From NCBI GenBank assembly GCA_965113315.1, contig OZ220363.1: a DNA stretch of 64,000 bases; one strand, 5' to 3'. The translations under genes were made by a program, and so were the position numbers. The notes beneath the pieces were generated by a model, which saw only the letters and a program-made list of their open reading frames with translations, made no database searches and was not told the origin of the DNA. The DNA is from Podarcis vaucheri. Its lineage: Eukaryota. Position 1 is the first letter of the stretch. Each line of letters opens with the position of its first letter. This document shows, one piece after another, positions 14,092 to 28,399 of the stretch.

Positions 14092-16847
14092 TATTCCGAA
14101 TGAAGATTCAACTCCAACTTTTTTCTTCTTGTGATACATGGTTAGCATATTTTACATACATATTTTAGCATATATCACAACTCAACCAATACTCTTGCAA
14201 GTTCACATTCTTTTTAAATATAGACTTATGATATAGCAATGTTTAACACCTCCTTTTCATATTAGTCCAACATACCTTAAGTTAGCCTTCTGTGCAATTT
14301 TACATTGTTATAATTTACTATCTGGACAGGCAAATGTATGGTGATAAGTGCAGGAATACATCACACTTGGTATAACTTTTGTGCTGAACATAATCTACAT
14401 CTCAGTTAACGATCCTTCCTCTGGGGGAAGAAAACTACTGAATTAAAGAAACTGACATGCTTAGGATACAATATTCTGATGAATTATAACAAATTTGAAT
14501 AGTTCAATGAATTTCAGTATTACTGCTTTTTAATCATATGTGATAACCAAACAAATGTGAATTCTTCCATGCGTTTTTGACCATTTACCTGTCAATCAGG
14601 ATGACTCTGATGTTTCTTTTTTGGTACTTGAATGCTTTGGCAGCAGATACTAATGAGATAAGCCAAATATAACTACAGTGACAGGGTTTGCCTTGTCCTG
14701 CTGTGAATGTTCATATCAGGGTAAATGTTACTGTAACTTCTGGCAATGGACACTGAGATTTATAACATGAGTGGCAAGAGTGTTATAAAGGGATTAACAC
14801 TACTTCTGTTATTTATCCTGAATGTCTCCATGCTTGTCTCCATCCTTCAAACCAAAGGGCAGTTTGGGGTTGGAGGAAACCTGAACATAAGTATCTAAGC
14901 CTGCATATTCCTATACCTGGGAAGAAGCCCTATTATACTCAGGGGGGCTTATTTCTGTAGCTCTCTGAATCACAAATCTCTCCATGGCTGTGCACTAAGC
15001 ACAACTTGCCTCACTTTTATCCCTTCCTCTCCCACTATCTTTCTATTTTTATGTCAGTTCAAGAGGAGAAGAGGCAGGTATTGCTGAGAGTCTGTTTTGC
15101 ACTGTTGCACTCACAAAAACGTTGTGTTCAACTTTACTTTGCAAATGCATGTGCTTGAGTTCATCCTTCCGCACTTCCCCTTGGTAAATGCTTGCCTTTT
15201 GGTTTGTCCCTATCTTATTTCTTATGAGTGAAATGACAAGAACATGAACCGATATGAATGCTCCAGATCTGCTGCACCCATTGAGCTCCCTTCACTTTCC
15301 GCGACATCAAGAGCAATCATTTTGACCTGTATATTTGGGTAAGCGCTTGCTGAACACAATTCTCTCTGGCAACATCCTTTGCCTCTGAATACCCAGGAGT
15401 TATGGGAAATCCCTGCAGCAAATCTCTGCTGGAAGCTTTTCCTCATTGTGCCCCAGGAATGCAGGCAGACTAACCTTGCTGTATGTGATAGCTGATGGAG
15501 CTTGTGGCTGTTTTGCAAATAACTTTTCAACTTTTAAAGGCTGCAGTATCCAAAGCAAGCCCCCACTGAATGCCAGCCAAAGTAGACTGCCAACCTGAGA
15601 CATGAAAGTGCTTGATTATGGCCATACATTGAAGTGAAGACACAATGGACAGATCTTTGCACTGATCCTCTCCATCCAGATTCCAGAGTGATGCCCGCAC
15701 TTTACCAAAGTAACTTTTCTGTCCTCAGTCATATGTATATATAGATGAATGTCTTTTTAATTGCAGTCAGAGTTCACGTCCCCTGAAATAAATGAGGTCA
15801 TAGGACACATAAGAATTCAGAACCATTTTGGTGCCGTTTTAGCACCATTATAAAATTAAAAATCCAGCAAATATTCCATGCATTTGGAAAACACACACAA
15901 ACCCTTAGTGGAGAAGAAAAAAAGATTCACACAAATCTCACGGAGCGAAGCATGTTAAGAAATGTTTGTGATCAGATCATCTAAATGTGGCTCATTTGGG
16001 CTTCTTAAAGAGGTTTTGAAAAATATTCAGCTAAAATTAATGAATGCAACCACAGCTTAGTGACAACTGAGTCTCATTAAAAAGAATGGCGTAGGAAGTT
16101 CCCTTAATTTCAATGGAATGTAGTCATGAGTAACTGTTGCTAGATTATTCCCCAATGACTACAATTCAACACAGAATTAGGCATGCTTCCACTCTCTGAA
16201 ATCAATGGCCTTAGGTACTCTGGGCAGAATCACAAACAAGCACCCCAACCCAGGAGCAGGAATCATGCCCTGCATGCATGTTCCCCCACATTCACAAGCT
16301 AAATCTCTCACTTGATCGTTGTATATAAATATCCTGCTAAAAACAAATAAATGCCCTCTCAGACAATTTCCTCATCTCTAATGGCATATTCTGTTGATTC
16401 TTTTTATTCAAAATCGCTAGGAAGACCCCTTGTGTTACACTTAGCTCTTTATTTGTCACATGGGGTTCTGTGTTCCTAATGAACTGTTAAAAAGCCGTTA
16501 ATTAGTTATGTAAATTAGAGAAAGAGAGCACTGTAGAATTAATGGAACTCGGGAATTATTCAGCTCAGCTTTCCGCCCAGTCCAAGCTACTGCTTGACGC
16601 GGCAGAATTGCTAAAAGCTCCTAAGAACAAGATCACTATAACCCAGATTTTAAGAACCAACTACTCTCTCTATATTTTTTAAAAAGAACTAGGTTTGGGG
16701 TAGACTCCACTGGGAAATTATCCTGCACAAGCTGTACTGAAATGAAGACCTATCTGGTGCAGTCTGCCCTTAATATAGAGCAAGGATGGTAAGTTCTACA
16801 TTCTTGAACTCTCAGGGGTGGGGGGGGGGTTCACTGTATATCTAGGT

Positions 16848-16930
16848 CAGGGTAGCCAACATGGGGCCCTTCAGATGTTGGTGGACTACAATTCCCATCA
16901 TCCTTGACCATTGGCTAGGCTGACTGGGGT
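16848..16930. mobile_element. hAT/Charlie-type MITE fragment
   Basis: CAGATGTT..GGACTACAATTCCCATCATCC core shared with 47714-47849 and 49569-49704. Confidence 0.6.
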
Positions 16931-17384
16931 CCATCTAACCAAGTTGACTACATTCACTCTGGGTTACGAACTGGGAGCGAAAGTGCATTTGTGCAAAATA
17001 TTGAAAATATGGGCTGTTGTGCACATGTGCTCAAAGTGGGAAAGGGTGGCATGGGTTAGCCCCTAATGCAGCGCACCTCCTCATGAACTAGAGCAATCAG
17101 GGACAAGTGAATTAGAGGGGGAGAAGAAGCTGCTGTTCCTTCTTCTGCAGCTTTGCCAGCTATGTAAGTATGACTGCTGTTTACTAATGGTTTTCTGGCC
17201 AAAGAGCCAGTGTAGTTAGAATGCTGGACTAAGGTGGAATCTATGCTCATATAAAAAATGCTGTGATTTTTTTTTGTTTTTTTAAATTTTAAAATAGATA
17301 TATATTGAATTTGCCATTAGCTCACCATTGCCATCTAGTGTCACATTTGTATAATGCACTTAAAATTTTATATTTGCAGCTATA

Positions 17385-17560
17385 CGGCTGAGTCCCAAGT
17401 TCAAATCCCTACTCAGCCAGGAAGCTCTCTGGGTGACCTTGGGCCAATCACTTTTCTCAGCCTAAACTACTTTACAGGGTTGTTGTGAGGATAAAATGGA
17501 CGGAGGGGCAAGAATCGTGAGCCTTGCCTTGAAATCGTTGGAGGAAATATAGTGGGACAT
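17385..17560 (+). mobile_element. tRNA-derived CORE/MIR-like SINE remnant
   Basis: B-box GTTCAAATCC, GTGACCTTGGGC core and AGGGTTGTTGTGAGGATAAAATG segment. Confidence 0.65.
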
Positions 17561-20500
17561 GTATTTTCTATGTTATCGTGGCATGATTGATGCACAACTG
17601 TTCAGGTCATGAGGAACTGTCCAAGAGAAATGCTGTGATTGGCTGGGGAACTGTTCAGTTCCTTTGGCTTCTACCAGAGCAGTTGTTGCAGTCATGTTAT
17701 TATTCACAGTGATGTGAATGACGATAGGATGCAGACTCTCTTGCAGTAGTGGACCCAGGGGCTGCTATCTTATCAGGACTCTAGAAATTGACTAGCAGAA
17801 AGGACTGAGAAATATAAATGTACAAACAAGCAACATGTGCATACAAGCAACTGTTTAAGGATGGTCCAGTCAATGACTTCACTCCAGTGCTCAATTTATT
17901 GGGAGGTGAGAGTAGGGAACAAAGGGTCCAGTTACTGAAAGCCAAAAGTCCCATCACTTGACTCTTCCAAATGGTAGCCAAAGCAAGGCTCCCCTGTAGC
18001 CTTTTAAACAGGGACATCACAAAATGGGATTAGGGCCCTTTCCTAGCATATAATTCAAGCACTGTTTTATACTTCACCATGGAAGCATACAAGATACTCA
18101 TACAACATAGAATTCATCAGCTGCTGTACTTAGTCAAAGCACGTTTTGCAAGTACACAATGTAGGAACAGTCAGGTAGGTATACAGTTGGAATGCACAAA
18201 CTCCATAAAGTATTAACATTTCCAATCTGAACATGTCAGGTTCACATTTTGTCCTCTAGTGTGCATTGTTAACTGCTTATAAAGGAATGCACAATAAGAA
18301 CTCAGGTATCAAAGGGAGGCAACAGCTCTAGTCTCAAGCAGAACTCAGTTATTCCTATGAAAATCCCTACTATTAAAGAGCTTGCTTTTAATGTTCCTGT
18401 ACAACGATGGCATCAAAACACAATGAATGACTAGGACCATCTGCCATTAAGCATCCGCTGCACCTGAGCTCAATGGGAACTTTAGTAACAATTCTTTTAA
18501 GCAAATCAGTATAACCCTTATGTATGCCACTTTTGCAGGGACACTCAAGATTCCTCATTTTCAAGGGTAAATTACAACATACAGGATGAAGGAAGCACTT
18601 ACGAGTTGTGCCACACAAGTGTTAATATAATGCTCACATCATCAGCACTGTGGCTTTTTAATTTAAAGTGTGTATTCCCTGTGAGAATAACTATTATCTC
18701 TCTCTCTCTTTTGCACTCTACCTATTTCATTATACCATTCTTTTCATGGATCTTAACTGTCATGGCATCTGAAAAGAAGCTTTCTCTACCCCCAGCCAGA
18801 AGCCCTTTAAAAGGACCCACAGGGGAAAGTCAGCACATGAATTACTGTAGCTTTCAATGCGCCTTTTTAATAAATGAAGCTTTAAGCGTTATTTTCTCTA
18901 TTTTCCCCATGCACATTGTCAGTTATTTAACAGTAAATATACACTGGAGACTGCAGACGTTTTCTTTACAGAAGTTATAACTAAGTTAAAAACATAAGAG
19001 CCCTGCTGGATCCGGCCAAGGGCCCATCTAGTCTAGAATCCTGCTCTCACAGATGTCTGTGGAAAACCTGCAGGCAGGAACCTGAGCAGTTTCATCTATA
19101 TCTCTCTATCTGCACCCATATTGCAAATTCAGATTTGAACTTGCCACACTTTCTCTCTCCCCGTTTTTCTGAAAATACCTTGTGCCTTGTGTGGAAGCCA
19201 GGCTGTGGAAGAGGCTGCTCTGACTGCTGCTGCTCTTCACTTCTGCAGCATCAGCTAAGGGCAGTGAAGTTCATAGCTATTCACCATCTACCAGTACTTG
19301 CCCTAAAAGCCCTGGCAGGAGTGGAGGGTAACATGGGGAGAATCTTCTGGGGAGCCAGCACCATTTTAGATTCTGTGCGCGAGCCCACCATATGAAACAG
19401 TACTAGTCAGAAAGTTCCTTCTTGTTATTCAATTACTAACTTTAAAAAAAAAACCCCACAAAAACACTAAAACTTTTATTATGTGAAAAGTGGGGGGAGG
19501 GGATCAGAGGCATCAACCGCAACAGACTTGGGTGCCTCAAGTCCTGGGTCCGCATCCCACCCTCAGCAAGGAGCCCACTTTCATCTTTCATTGTGTGTTA
19601 GCAGCACACTCTGAAAAGTTTTTGTAACCAGATGATTCTCAAATCATCAGGATCAGGCATGCATGAGCTGTGCCTGCAAGCGCTGTTGGCGGGAGCAAAA
19701 GGAAACGATGAAAGAACCCTCTTCCTCATTCTCTTCCTTGCATAGTGGGACGAGTGCCCTTCCTCCTCTGCTCACTTGTTCTGCTGCCATTTTGGGGTAA
19801 GTGCCAGCCTGTTGTCAGTGCCACCACGCCCAGGAAAGCAGCCAGCACACACAGCAGCAGCAGCAGCAGCATCAGGTCCCTATTGCCACTAGACTTCAAA
19901 CAGCCATGGCTTCCCCCAAAGAACTCTGGGAGTTATCGTTTGTTAGGAGACACCCCATTCCCCTGACAGAACTACAGTTTCCAGAGTTCCCTATGAAGAG
20001 GGATTGGATATTGTCACACTACTCTGAAAACTGTTGCTCCGTCAGGAGAACCGGAGTCTCCTAACAACTCTCAGCACCCTTAACAGACTTAGCAGGACTC
20101 TTTGGAGAAAGCCATGACTGTTCAAAGTGGTATGGTGCCGCTTTAAATGTACTGTGCCCCTTCCTTTCTCCTTCCAGGTAAGCAATAGCAACCCATTTGC
20201 CAGGAAGCTAGCATAGTGGCGATACAACACCCGGCGAACTGCTTCTGCTAAGTAGCCACAAAGTTTCATAGGAGTCCACTTCAGTACGTAAACAGAAAGA
20301 GTTGAGTACAGAATGGGAACAGGGTTGGGCAGGCTTCTTCAGGCTGATGACCACACCATGAAGGACATTTGGCTTTTGCACAGTTGGCCAATTTCTACCC
20401 ATACTCACGCTACCCCTCTCTGTCTCCCATCCAGGCAAGCAAGTGTTATCAGGGTCCAACAGGGTAAAAACACTCAAGAAAGGAGTGAAGCAGGACCAGT

Positions 20501-20751
20501 GTAGGGTGTGGCCTGGAAACAGTTTCCAGACCACATTTCACCTCCAGGCCTAGGGTCCCCCAACCCTGAATTAGACAAACAGTGGAGGCAGCAAACAATA
20601 TTTTAAAGTGGCAACTACTGTTGTGAGTTCTCTAGCATAGGAATGACCAGTATTCTCAGACAGATGGACCTCTTCCCAAAAATTATGCTGAAACGTTACA
20701 GCCAAAGTCAAATATGCAAAAGCAAACAAAAGTGTCGAAAACTGTTCCCAC

Positions 20752-23700
20752 GTTCAAGAGACCCACGTAGCTAGGAAGCACAAAAAAATATTAATCAATA
20801 AAAGACTGGGAAATGAATTTGAATCCTCGGATAAAGAAAAGAAAAGAGGGGTGGTACTGTACGTTAAAAATAAAATTGAGGCTAAACAGATTTTTAAGGA
20901 TGAAGAGGGGAGGATGGTAGCGGTTAGACTAAATTGGCAAGGAGAAAATGTGGTTGTGATCGGGGTATATGCACCAAATGGCAACAAGACTGATTTCTTT
21001 AGAAACTTAGAAGAGAAAATACTAGAACATATGGATCAAAAGATTATTCTAATGGGAGACATGAATGGTGTGGTTTCGTTAGAGGCAGATAGACTAAGGG
21101 AGGGTGTAAGTAAAGAAGGGAAACTACCAAAATCCTTTTTTTCGATGGCTAAAAATTGCAACTTGGTGGACATTTGGCGTTTGAGACATCCACTGGATAA
21201 GCAGTTTACCTTTTATTCCGAACCACACCAATCGATGTCACGAATAGATCAGGTTTGGATCTCGAGTGAACTCTGTCCAAGAGTTAAACAAATAGAAATA
21301 AGACCAAAAGTAATCTCAGATCATAGTCCGATAGAACTAGAATTGGAGAGTCTTGAGAGAAGAACTTTTAGATGGAGGTTAAGAGAATACCTCCTAGACG
21401 ACCAAAATATTGTAGAAACAGCACAAAAACAGCTAAAAGATTACTTTGCAGACAATTGCGACAAAGGGACAAAGATCAATGTGATATGGGATGCAAGCAA
21501 AGCAGTAATAAGAGGATATTTCATTCAGCAGAATGCGATCAAAAACAAAAATAGAGAGAAAGGGAAAAAAGAAATCTTAGAACAAATAATGGACAACGAA
21601 CAAAAATTAATCCAGAAACCCAATTGCCAGAAAATAAAGGAAAATATCAAAATCCTACAAGCGCAATTTGCCACTATAATAAATAGAGAGGTAGAGTGGA
21701 ATATAAAGAAACTAAGGCAAAAGAACTTTGAATTCTCAAATAAATCAGGTAAATGGCTTGCATGGCAAATTAAAAAAAGGAAAGAACAAGGTACAATAAA
21801 CAAAATTATTGCAGATGGAGAAGAGATAACAGATCCAAAAGGAATTAGAAAAGAGTTTCTGGATTATTATAAAAACCTCTACAAGGATAAAGAGAGAAAT
21901 AACTTAAGGAAAATAGAGAGGTTTTTGAGAGACAAAAAGGTGCAGAAAATCCCAACAGATAAGAAACAACGATTGAATACTCCAATTGAAACAGAGGAGA
22001 TAGAGGAAGCCATAAAAGATTTAAAGAGAGGAAAGGCCCCGGGCCCGGATGGCTTCACAGCGGGTTATTATAAAGAGATGAAATCTATCCTGGTGAATCC
22101 TCTGAAGGTGACTATGAATAACATTCTGAAAAAAAGGAGAAATTCCGGAAACCTGGAAAGAAGCATTTATTACATTTATCCCCAAACAAGATGCGGACTT
22201 AACTCAAGTTAAAAATTATAGGCCGATTTCTCTTCTAAATACAGATTATAACATCTTTGCTGGTATCCTTGCGAGAAGATTGAAGTCGATATTATCAGAA
22301 ACTATCCACAAGGATCAGGCTGGCTTTCTTCCTGGCAGGCATATGAGGGACAATACAAGAAATATAATTAATATGCTAGAATATCTGTCTGCCAGGATTG
22401 ATAAGCAAGCCATAATGATGTTTGTGGACGCAGAGAAAGCATTTGATAATGTGATATGGGACTTCATGTTGAAAAATTTGGAGCATATGGAAGTGGGCAA
22501 GGACTTTTTTAAGGGGGTAAAAGCAATATATACGGAACAGAAAGCCAAACTGATTGTAAACAATATAGTAACAGAGGAAATAAAGATACAGAGGGGAACA
22601 AGACAGGGGTGTCCACTCTCCCCGCTACTATTTATAACAGTCTTAGAAGTTCTCCTAAACTCAATTAGGCAAAACAAAAAGATAAAAGGAGTGACAATTG
22701 GAGAAAACGTGTATAAGACTAAAGCATTTGCAGATGATTTAGTAATAATGACTGAAGATCCAGTGATTACAATAGAAGAAGTACTAAAGGAAATTGATCA
22801 GTTTGGGAAACTGGCAGGTTTCCAACTAAACAAGAGAAAAACGAAAATGTTAGTCAAAAATGTGGACCAAAGTGTGATAGACACAATCCAACACCAATAT
22901 CAGATAGAGGTGGTTAAGAAAGTGAAGTACCTTGGAATCTGGATAACACCCAAGAATATAGACTTGTTTAAGAATAACTACGAGTTGGTATGGAGAGAAA
23001 TAAGGAAAGATTTGGAAGTGTGGGGAAGATTAAAAATGTCATTCTGGGGAAGGATAAATACGATCAAAATGAATATACTACCGAGGGTACTGTTTCTGTT
23101 TCAGACTATTCCCATAATTAAGGGGAGTCGTATTTTTAAAGAATGGCAGAAAATGCTCTCAAGATACATCTGGCAGGGCAAGAAACCCAGGATCCAATTT
23201 AAACTTTTAACAGACATAAAAGAAAGGGGTGGGTTTGCCCTGCCAGACCTGAAGCTGTACTACGAGGCATCATGCCTCTGCTGGTTAAAAGACTGGATAA
23301 AACTAGAGAACAGGGAGCTGCTCGACTTAGAGGGCTTCGATAACAGATATGGCTGGCATGCCTACTTAGGACATGAGAAAAGGAAAGTACATAAGGGGTT
23401 TGGAAACCATGTTTTCAGAGGTCCAATTATTGAAATATGGGAAGGATACAGAAATTTATTAGAACCTAAGGTCCCACATTGGTTTTCACCTCTCGAAGCG
23501 ATGAGTGTGAAGAAAATCAATATGAGGAGTAACTGGGCGACATACAGTCAACTATCAGTTAAAGAAGACGGGAAGTGGAAAATAAAGCCCTATGAGCAAG
23601 TTAAGGAGCATGTGTATGATTGGCTACATCATCGTCAAGTTAACGAGATGTTCAGGAAAGATACTAAAGAAAGAGGGTATGCGGACAAAGACTCCAAATT

Positions 23701-24409
23701 TCAGATGGAAATTATAAATAATGATGTAAAAATAATATCTAAAATGTACCGGATGTTGCTGGATTGGAATCTAGGAGATGAAGAAGTGAAATCAGTAATG
23801 ATCCGCTGGGCTATAGATGTAGGCCATAGTATACAATTTGAGGAATGGGAGAAATTATGGAAAGAGGGTCTAAATTTCACAGCATGTATAACAGTAAAGG
23901 AAAATGTCATGAAGATGTTCTACAGGTGGTACATAACACCTGTAAAACTATCAAAAATGTATAAGATATCCAACAAATGCTGGAAGTGTAAAGATAGGGA
24001 GGGCTGCTTCTACCACATGTGGTGGGAGTGCCGGAAAGTTAAAGAATTTTGGGAAAGAATATATGTTGAGTTAAAGAAAATCTTGAAATATACGTTTAAA
24101 AAGAGGCCTGAAATCTTTCTGTTAGGGTTATTAGGGGAGGACATCGAAAAGAAAGATTGTAAATTTGTATACTATGCGATTACGGCAGCAAGGATAATTC
24201 TTGCCCAGAAGTGGAAAAAACAGGAGATGCCAACGATAGAGGAGTGGAGATCAAAGTTACTAGATTACGCAGAGTTAGACAGACTGACAGGAAAGATCAG
24301 ATACCAAAGAGACCAAAAGTTTATCAAGGACTGGGGAAAGTATTTGGAGTACCTGGAAAGTATCAGTGAGGGAAAAACGACGTTAAAGGGATTTAGAGAA
24401 GCACTGTGA
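20752..24409 (+). pseudogene. L1 ORF2 (APE endonuclease, RT, C-terminal Cys/His motif), N-truncated with one frameshift
   Basis: QETH, GDMN, RID and SDH endonuclease motifs; KAPGPDG; QGCPLSP; FADD; CWKC...HMWWEC. ORFs 20851-22212 and 22280-24409 join if one A is removed from A7 at 22129-22135. Confidence 0.93.
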
Positions 24410-24707
24410 AAAGATTAAGAGTTATTGTTTTAAGCAAACAGAAGTTAACAAAGAAGACCAATGACAATACAAACTAAGAAATGTGGGATTAGGGGTACGG
24501 CTACGAAAGATTTACGGACAAGTTGAAGGAAGTCTACAAAGAAATGACAATGTAAAGTTTTAAGTGAAATATATCTTTAATGTATGTATATTGCGCGCGG
24601 GGTGTTTGGATTTTTTTTTCCTTTGATATGCTTTTTTTTTCTTTTTTATTTTTCTTTTTGTTTCTTTTTTGGAAAATCAATAAAAATCAATTTAAAAAAA
24701 AAAAAAA
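20752..24707 (+). mobile_element. L1-clade LINE, 5'-truncated within the endonuclease domain
   Basis: 15-bp TSD GAAAACTGTTCCCAC (20737-20751, 24708-24722); AATAAA at 24679-24684; poly(A) at 24694-24707; ORF2 domains present; no ORF1. Confidence 0.97.
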
Positions 24708-25417
24708 GAAAACTGTTCCCACCCTACATTTAAACACAAAGTTAAATTGCAAGGTCAATCAAGATTTAACCACAATGCTTGATTAAAATTTGATAGATAC
24801 ACCGGGGGAGAGATAAATTTTGTACATGGACTGCTGGGTCCAGTCCACAAAGCTATCAGTAGGCTATCTGCCCTCTAACATACAGTACCATCCATATATG
24901 AGGAGCTTGTCCCTTATCTCCTCCTGGCTCACCCTAATTTGAAATTAATCTGGAAAGATGGTGAACCAGAGTGCTTGAATGAGTCCACACACCCAGCCAC
25001 CGTGACACCCTCTGCCAAAGCATCCCTAATTTCAGTATCTCAATAGTTCCTCTGAATTATTTAGCAAAAGGTATTTTCAATTGGAGACCTAAAAGATTAT
25101 TTTTGAGAAAAGGGAAAGATGAACCTCAGCTCCTGGTCTAACAAATCAAGCCTATATTTGGTCACAATACAGTAATCCTCCTTAAAGCTCTCTCTCTCTC
25201 AACACCTTCCCCCTCTCAAAGCCATCACAATAGGGGTTTTAATATATTATTTGTGGCTACCTCGTGCCCTCTAGTGGGCAACAGAGGCATGTTGCTTTCC
25301 TTCTCTGACAGCGAGCTTCACAAATGCTATTGTCAGCCCCCCAACAAATCCTCCTTATAACATCATGAATTTTGATAAGCCCATTAGCCAGCCAAGCAAC
25401 CAGGAGGAGAATGCCTT

Positions 25418-25653
25418 NNNNNNNNNNNNNNNNNNNNNNNNNNNNNNNNNNNNNNNNNNNNNNNNNNNNNNNNNNNNNNNNNNNNNNNNNNNNNNNNNNN
25501 NNNNNNNNNNNNNNNNNNNNNNNNNNNNNNNNNNNNNNNNNNNNNNNNNNNNNNNNNNNNNNNNNNNNNNNNNNNNNNNNNNNNNNNNNNNNNNNNNNNN
25601 NNNNNNNNNNNNNNNNNNNNNNNNNNNNNNNNNNNNNNNNNNNNNNNNNNNNN
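25418..25653. other. Assembly gap (N run)
   Basis: N bases. Confidence 1.
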
Positions 25654-27189
25654 GGAAATTAAGATGCACATGCACAGAGCATGATTAGCACAACTATTGT
25701 TTTCCCCCAACAATATAATTTAATGGGGTTTTAGAATTACAGAAAGGGAGCCTCAGTGCTGGTTTGAGTTGATTATTCACCACAGAGCTTTGAAATATAG
25801 AAAAGATAGAAAACATCGCGAGCCAAGAGGGGCTGGCAAGGAAGCGAGGCGAGAACAGGGATCCCGCATTTTGAAGGGATGTGGTTTCGGCGACAGAACA
25901 AATAGCAAGACGCGCCTCCGCTGTGCATCAGAGTCTCACAAGGCATGTAACAGGCCTCTCCCAGGAGCAGCCCGCCTTTCTTCTGGGTTTTGGCTGCTTC
26001 CTCCACTCCCTCCCTCTCCCCCCTCACCTCAATATAGCATCAGAGAATAATTCCTCATTGTCTTACTCATCCTAAGGGGGCAACTCACATCTCGTTGAAA
26101 TACATGGCACAACTCCCATGGATTAGAGCATTTGAGGATTGCACCCTCTGAGACAAGGAACACTTTTCAGCCTTCGTAATGCTGGGGGGGGGGACACACT
26201 ACCCGAATGGGGCTCTATAAACAGCAACAGTGAGCAGATGGGGAAATGAAGCGAGCAGAAAAAGAGGAGGGAAAATGAAGAAGGGAATTAAAGTCATTTG
26301 AGCTTATTGCTAGGTTGTGCAGCCTGAGCTGCAATCCAGTTAGGTAGATGAAGAAGATGGGTGGAAGTACATCGGAATCCCATCAGAGTCGGATGAAAGA
26401 AATTGGCTTAAATCCAAGCACATTGTGTTCTGCTGGATTATGGACTGAGCTGTTTGCTACTCAGGGGGTTGCTTAAGACTGTGCTTCAGTTGTTGTGTGG
26501 GGGCAGGCACATGTTGCTGAACAGCATCTGAAGATTCCTAAAGGCATTGCTCTTCTTGGAGAGGTGTATTTTGGCACCATTCTCCGGCCTGAGATTTTGT
26601 CCTCTGCGTTTTTCGGTGGAGACACCTAGGAGAACTAATGGATTTTGGGTGGTTGTACAGAATGCTGGTCCCATGTTCAGTATCTCTTAACTTGTTCTTC
26701 TCCTCTCTCCACACCCGCACACCAATGGAAAAACAAGGGTAGCCCTCTTCTTGCTCTCAGACTCTGATTCTGGAGAATTTGCGTGCTGCGAACCAATCTA
26801 GGCTCAAAGCCGTCATTGGAAATAAGTCACAACGGTCCCATAAAGAAGTATAGTAGTAGTGCTCTAAGGTAGTTCTGGGGGTAGCGGTCAGCCAAACTGG
26901 GCACTGGCCAATAGTCCCAGTGCTTTGAATGGCTTCTCACTGGCCCAGCTGTGCTGCATCACACTGCCCTTCCTGCTGGCCTCTCAGGTGCTTTTCGGCA
27001 ATGGGGCAGTGGTCTCACTTACTTCACATCCACAATAGCCTTCTGCCATTTTAAGCTACCCAAAACGTAATGCCCTGACCCATAGATCTATGAAATGCAT
27101 TGATTTCATATATCTATAATTTAGATAAGGCTGTGTTCAGCCCTGGGCCTCATTAGGTTAGAAAGTACTTCTTCAAAGAGTGTACTTGC

Positions 27190-27458
27190 TCCCATAGGCA
27201 ACTTGGGTGGTTTTAAAACAGGATTAGATGAAAATTCATGCAGGAGAGGGCTGTTGATTGCTACTAGCCACAATGGCTATGCTCTGCCACCACAGCAGTA
27301 ATGCTTCTGAATACCAGTTGCTGGAAACCACAAGAGGGCATAGAGCTCTTGTTCTCAGCTCCTGCGTGCTGGTTTTTCACAGGCATCTGGTTGGCCACTG
27401 TGAGAAGAGGGTGCTGGACACGATGGGCCATTGGCCCGGTATAGCAGGTTTTTATGTT
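27190..27458 (+). mobile_element. Old CR1-like LINE 3' end (different subfamily); inverted relatives at ~18990-19090 and ~34045-34290
   Basis: TTTAAAA.AGGATTAGA...TTCATG.AGGAGAGGGCT...GGCATCTGGTTGGCCACTGTGAGAA.AG..TGCTGGAC pattern; boundaries approximate. Confidence 0.6.
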
Positions 27459-27946
27459 TTTTTAAAACTCAGAAAAATTAGGGCAGGGAAATGTCCCGCT
27501 CCCCTCCCCCCCCCCCCAAGAAAAACCTGGGATGTAAGAAGACAGTGATTTCCATCCTATCATGGGTTCATCACAACCAGTGCTGTTTCTGTTCCACTAC
27601 ATTTCGGCTACCACTAAAGCCTACGTTGTTCATCTCACAATCCACCATGGCTGAAACCATATATAGTCAGCTAATTATGTAATTAATTCCAGTGCATTTC
27701 AATAAAAGGAAATTACATAATTATGTAACATTTGCATACTAAAAAAAATGATAGGAAATAGTGTGCATATTTGCTTGTGTGATATCCATTCCTGACCTCA
27801 GGTGAACATGCAAATTGCAGGAATTTCCACTCCCATTTCCACCAAATGCTCCAACATCCCTAGTTCCAAGAGGCTTTAAAAGAGGTCCCATAAAGTTCCT
27901 TAGCAAGATAATCCATTCAAGGAATTGTTGGAAGTTGTTCACATAG

Positions 27947-28399
27947 TGTCAGGGGATGATTAGCTGCTTGTGCGTAAAATAGTGCCCCTTCAGAGTTTGT
28001 GCGACCCCACAAACCTCTGTGTGTGACAGAGCTCCTCAGACATGTCTGCTCTAGTCACTTGTAGAGTCCGACAGTGGCTGTCTGCGGAAGCGCTTCCAGC
28101 AAAGAAGTTCCTTAACGGAAACGCGTCTCCTGGACTCACGACGTGACAGCTTCCGGCGAAGCATAGGTCTCCCTGCAGTTGCTTCTGACACCTCCCCGCT
28201 ATTTTCGCTCGAAGTGTCTCTCACCCCTTTCTCTCCCCTTCTGCTTCCTGCCTGGGCTGCTGCGTCTCTCTCAGCATTACTGAGATCCTCCTCCAGAGAC
28301 CCCGCGCTCCCCCTACTGGTCCCTGCTTTAGCTGTTGACTCTCTCCCAGTCTCTGGGAGCCCTACCACTTCCCTTTCCTCCGATGTCAGTTCCCTGACA
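27947..28399 (-). repeat. 3' LTR of the Gypsy element
   Basis: No difference from 33066-33518 seen on manual comparison. Confidence 0.97.

Noticed and set aside
684-20534. Many short 60-125 aa ORFs
   Set aside because: Random composition, often non-ATG starts, microsatellite or TE derived; apart from CR1 none resembles a known protein.
22725-22740. FADD instead of YADD in the L1 RT
   Set aside because: FADD is normal in L1-clade RTs.
25355-25713. ORFs spanning N runs (also 43458-43771 and 62728-62947)
   Set aside because: Artefacts of assembly gaps.
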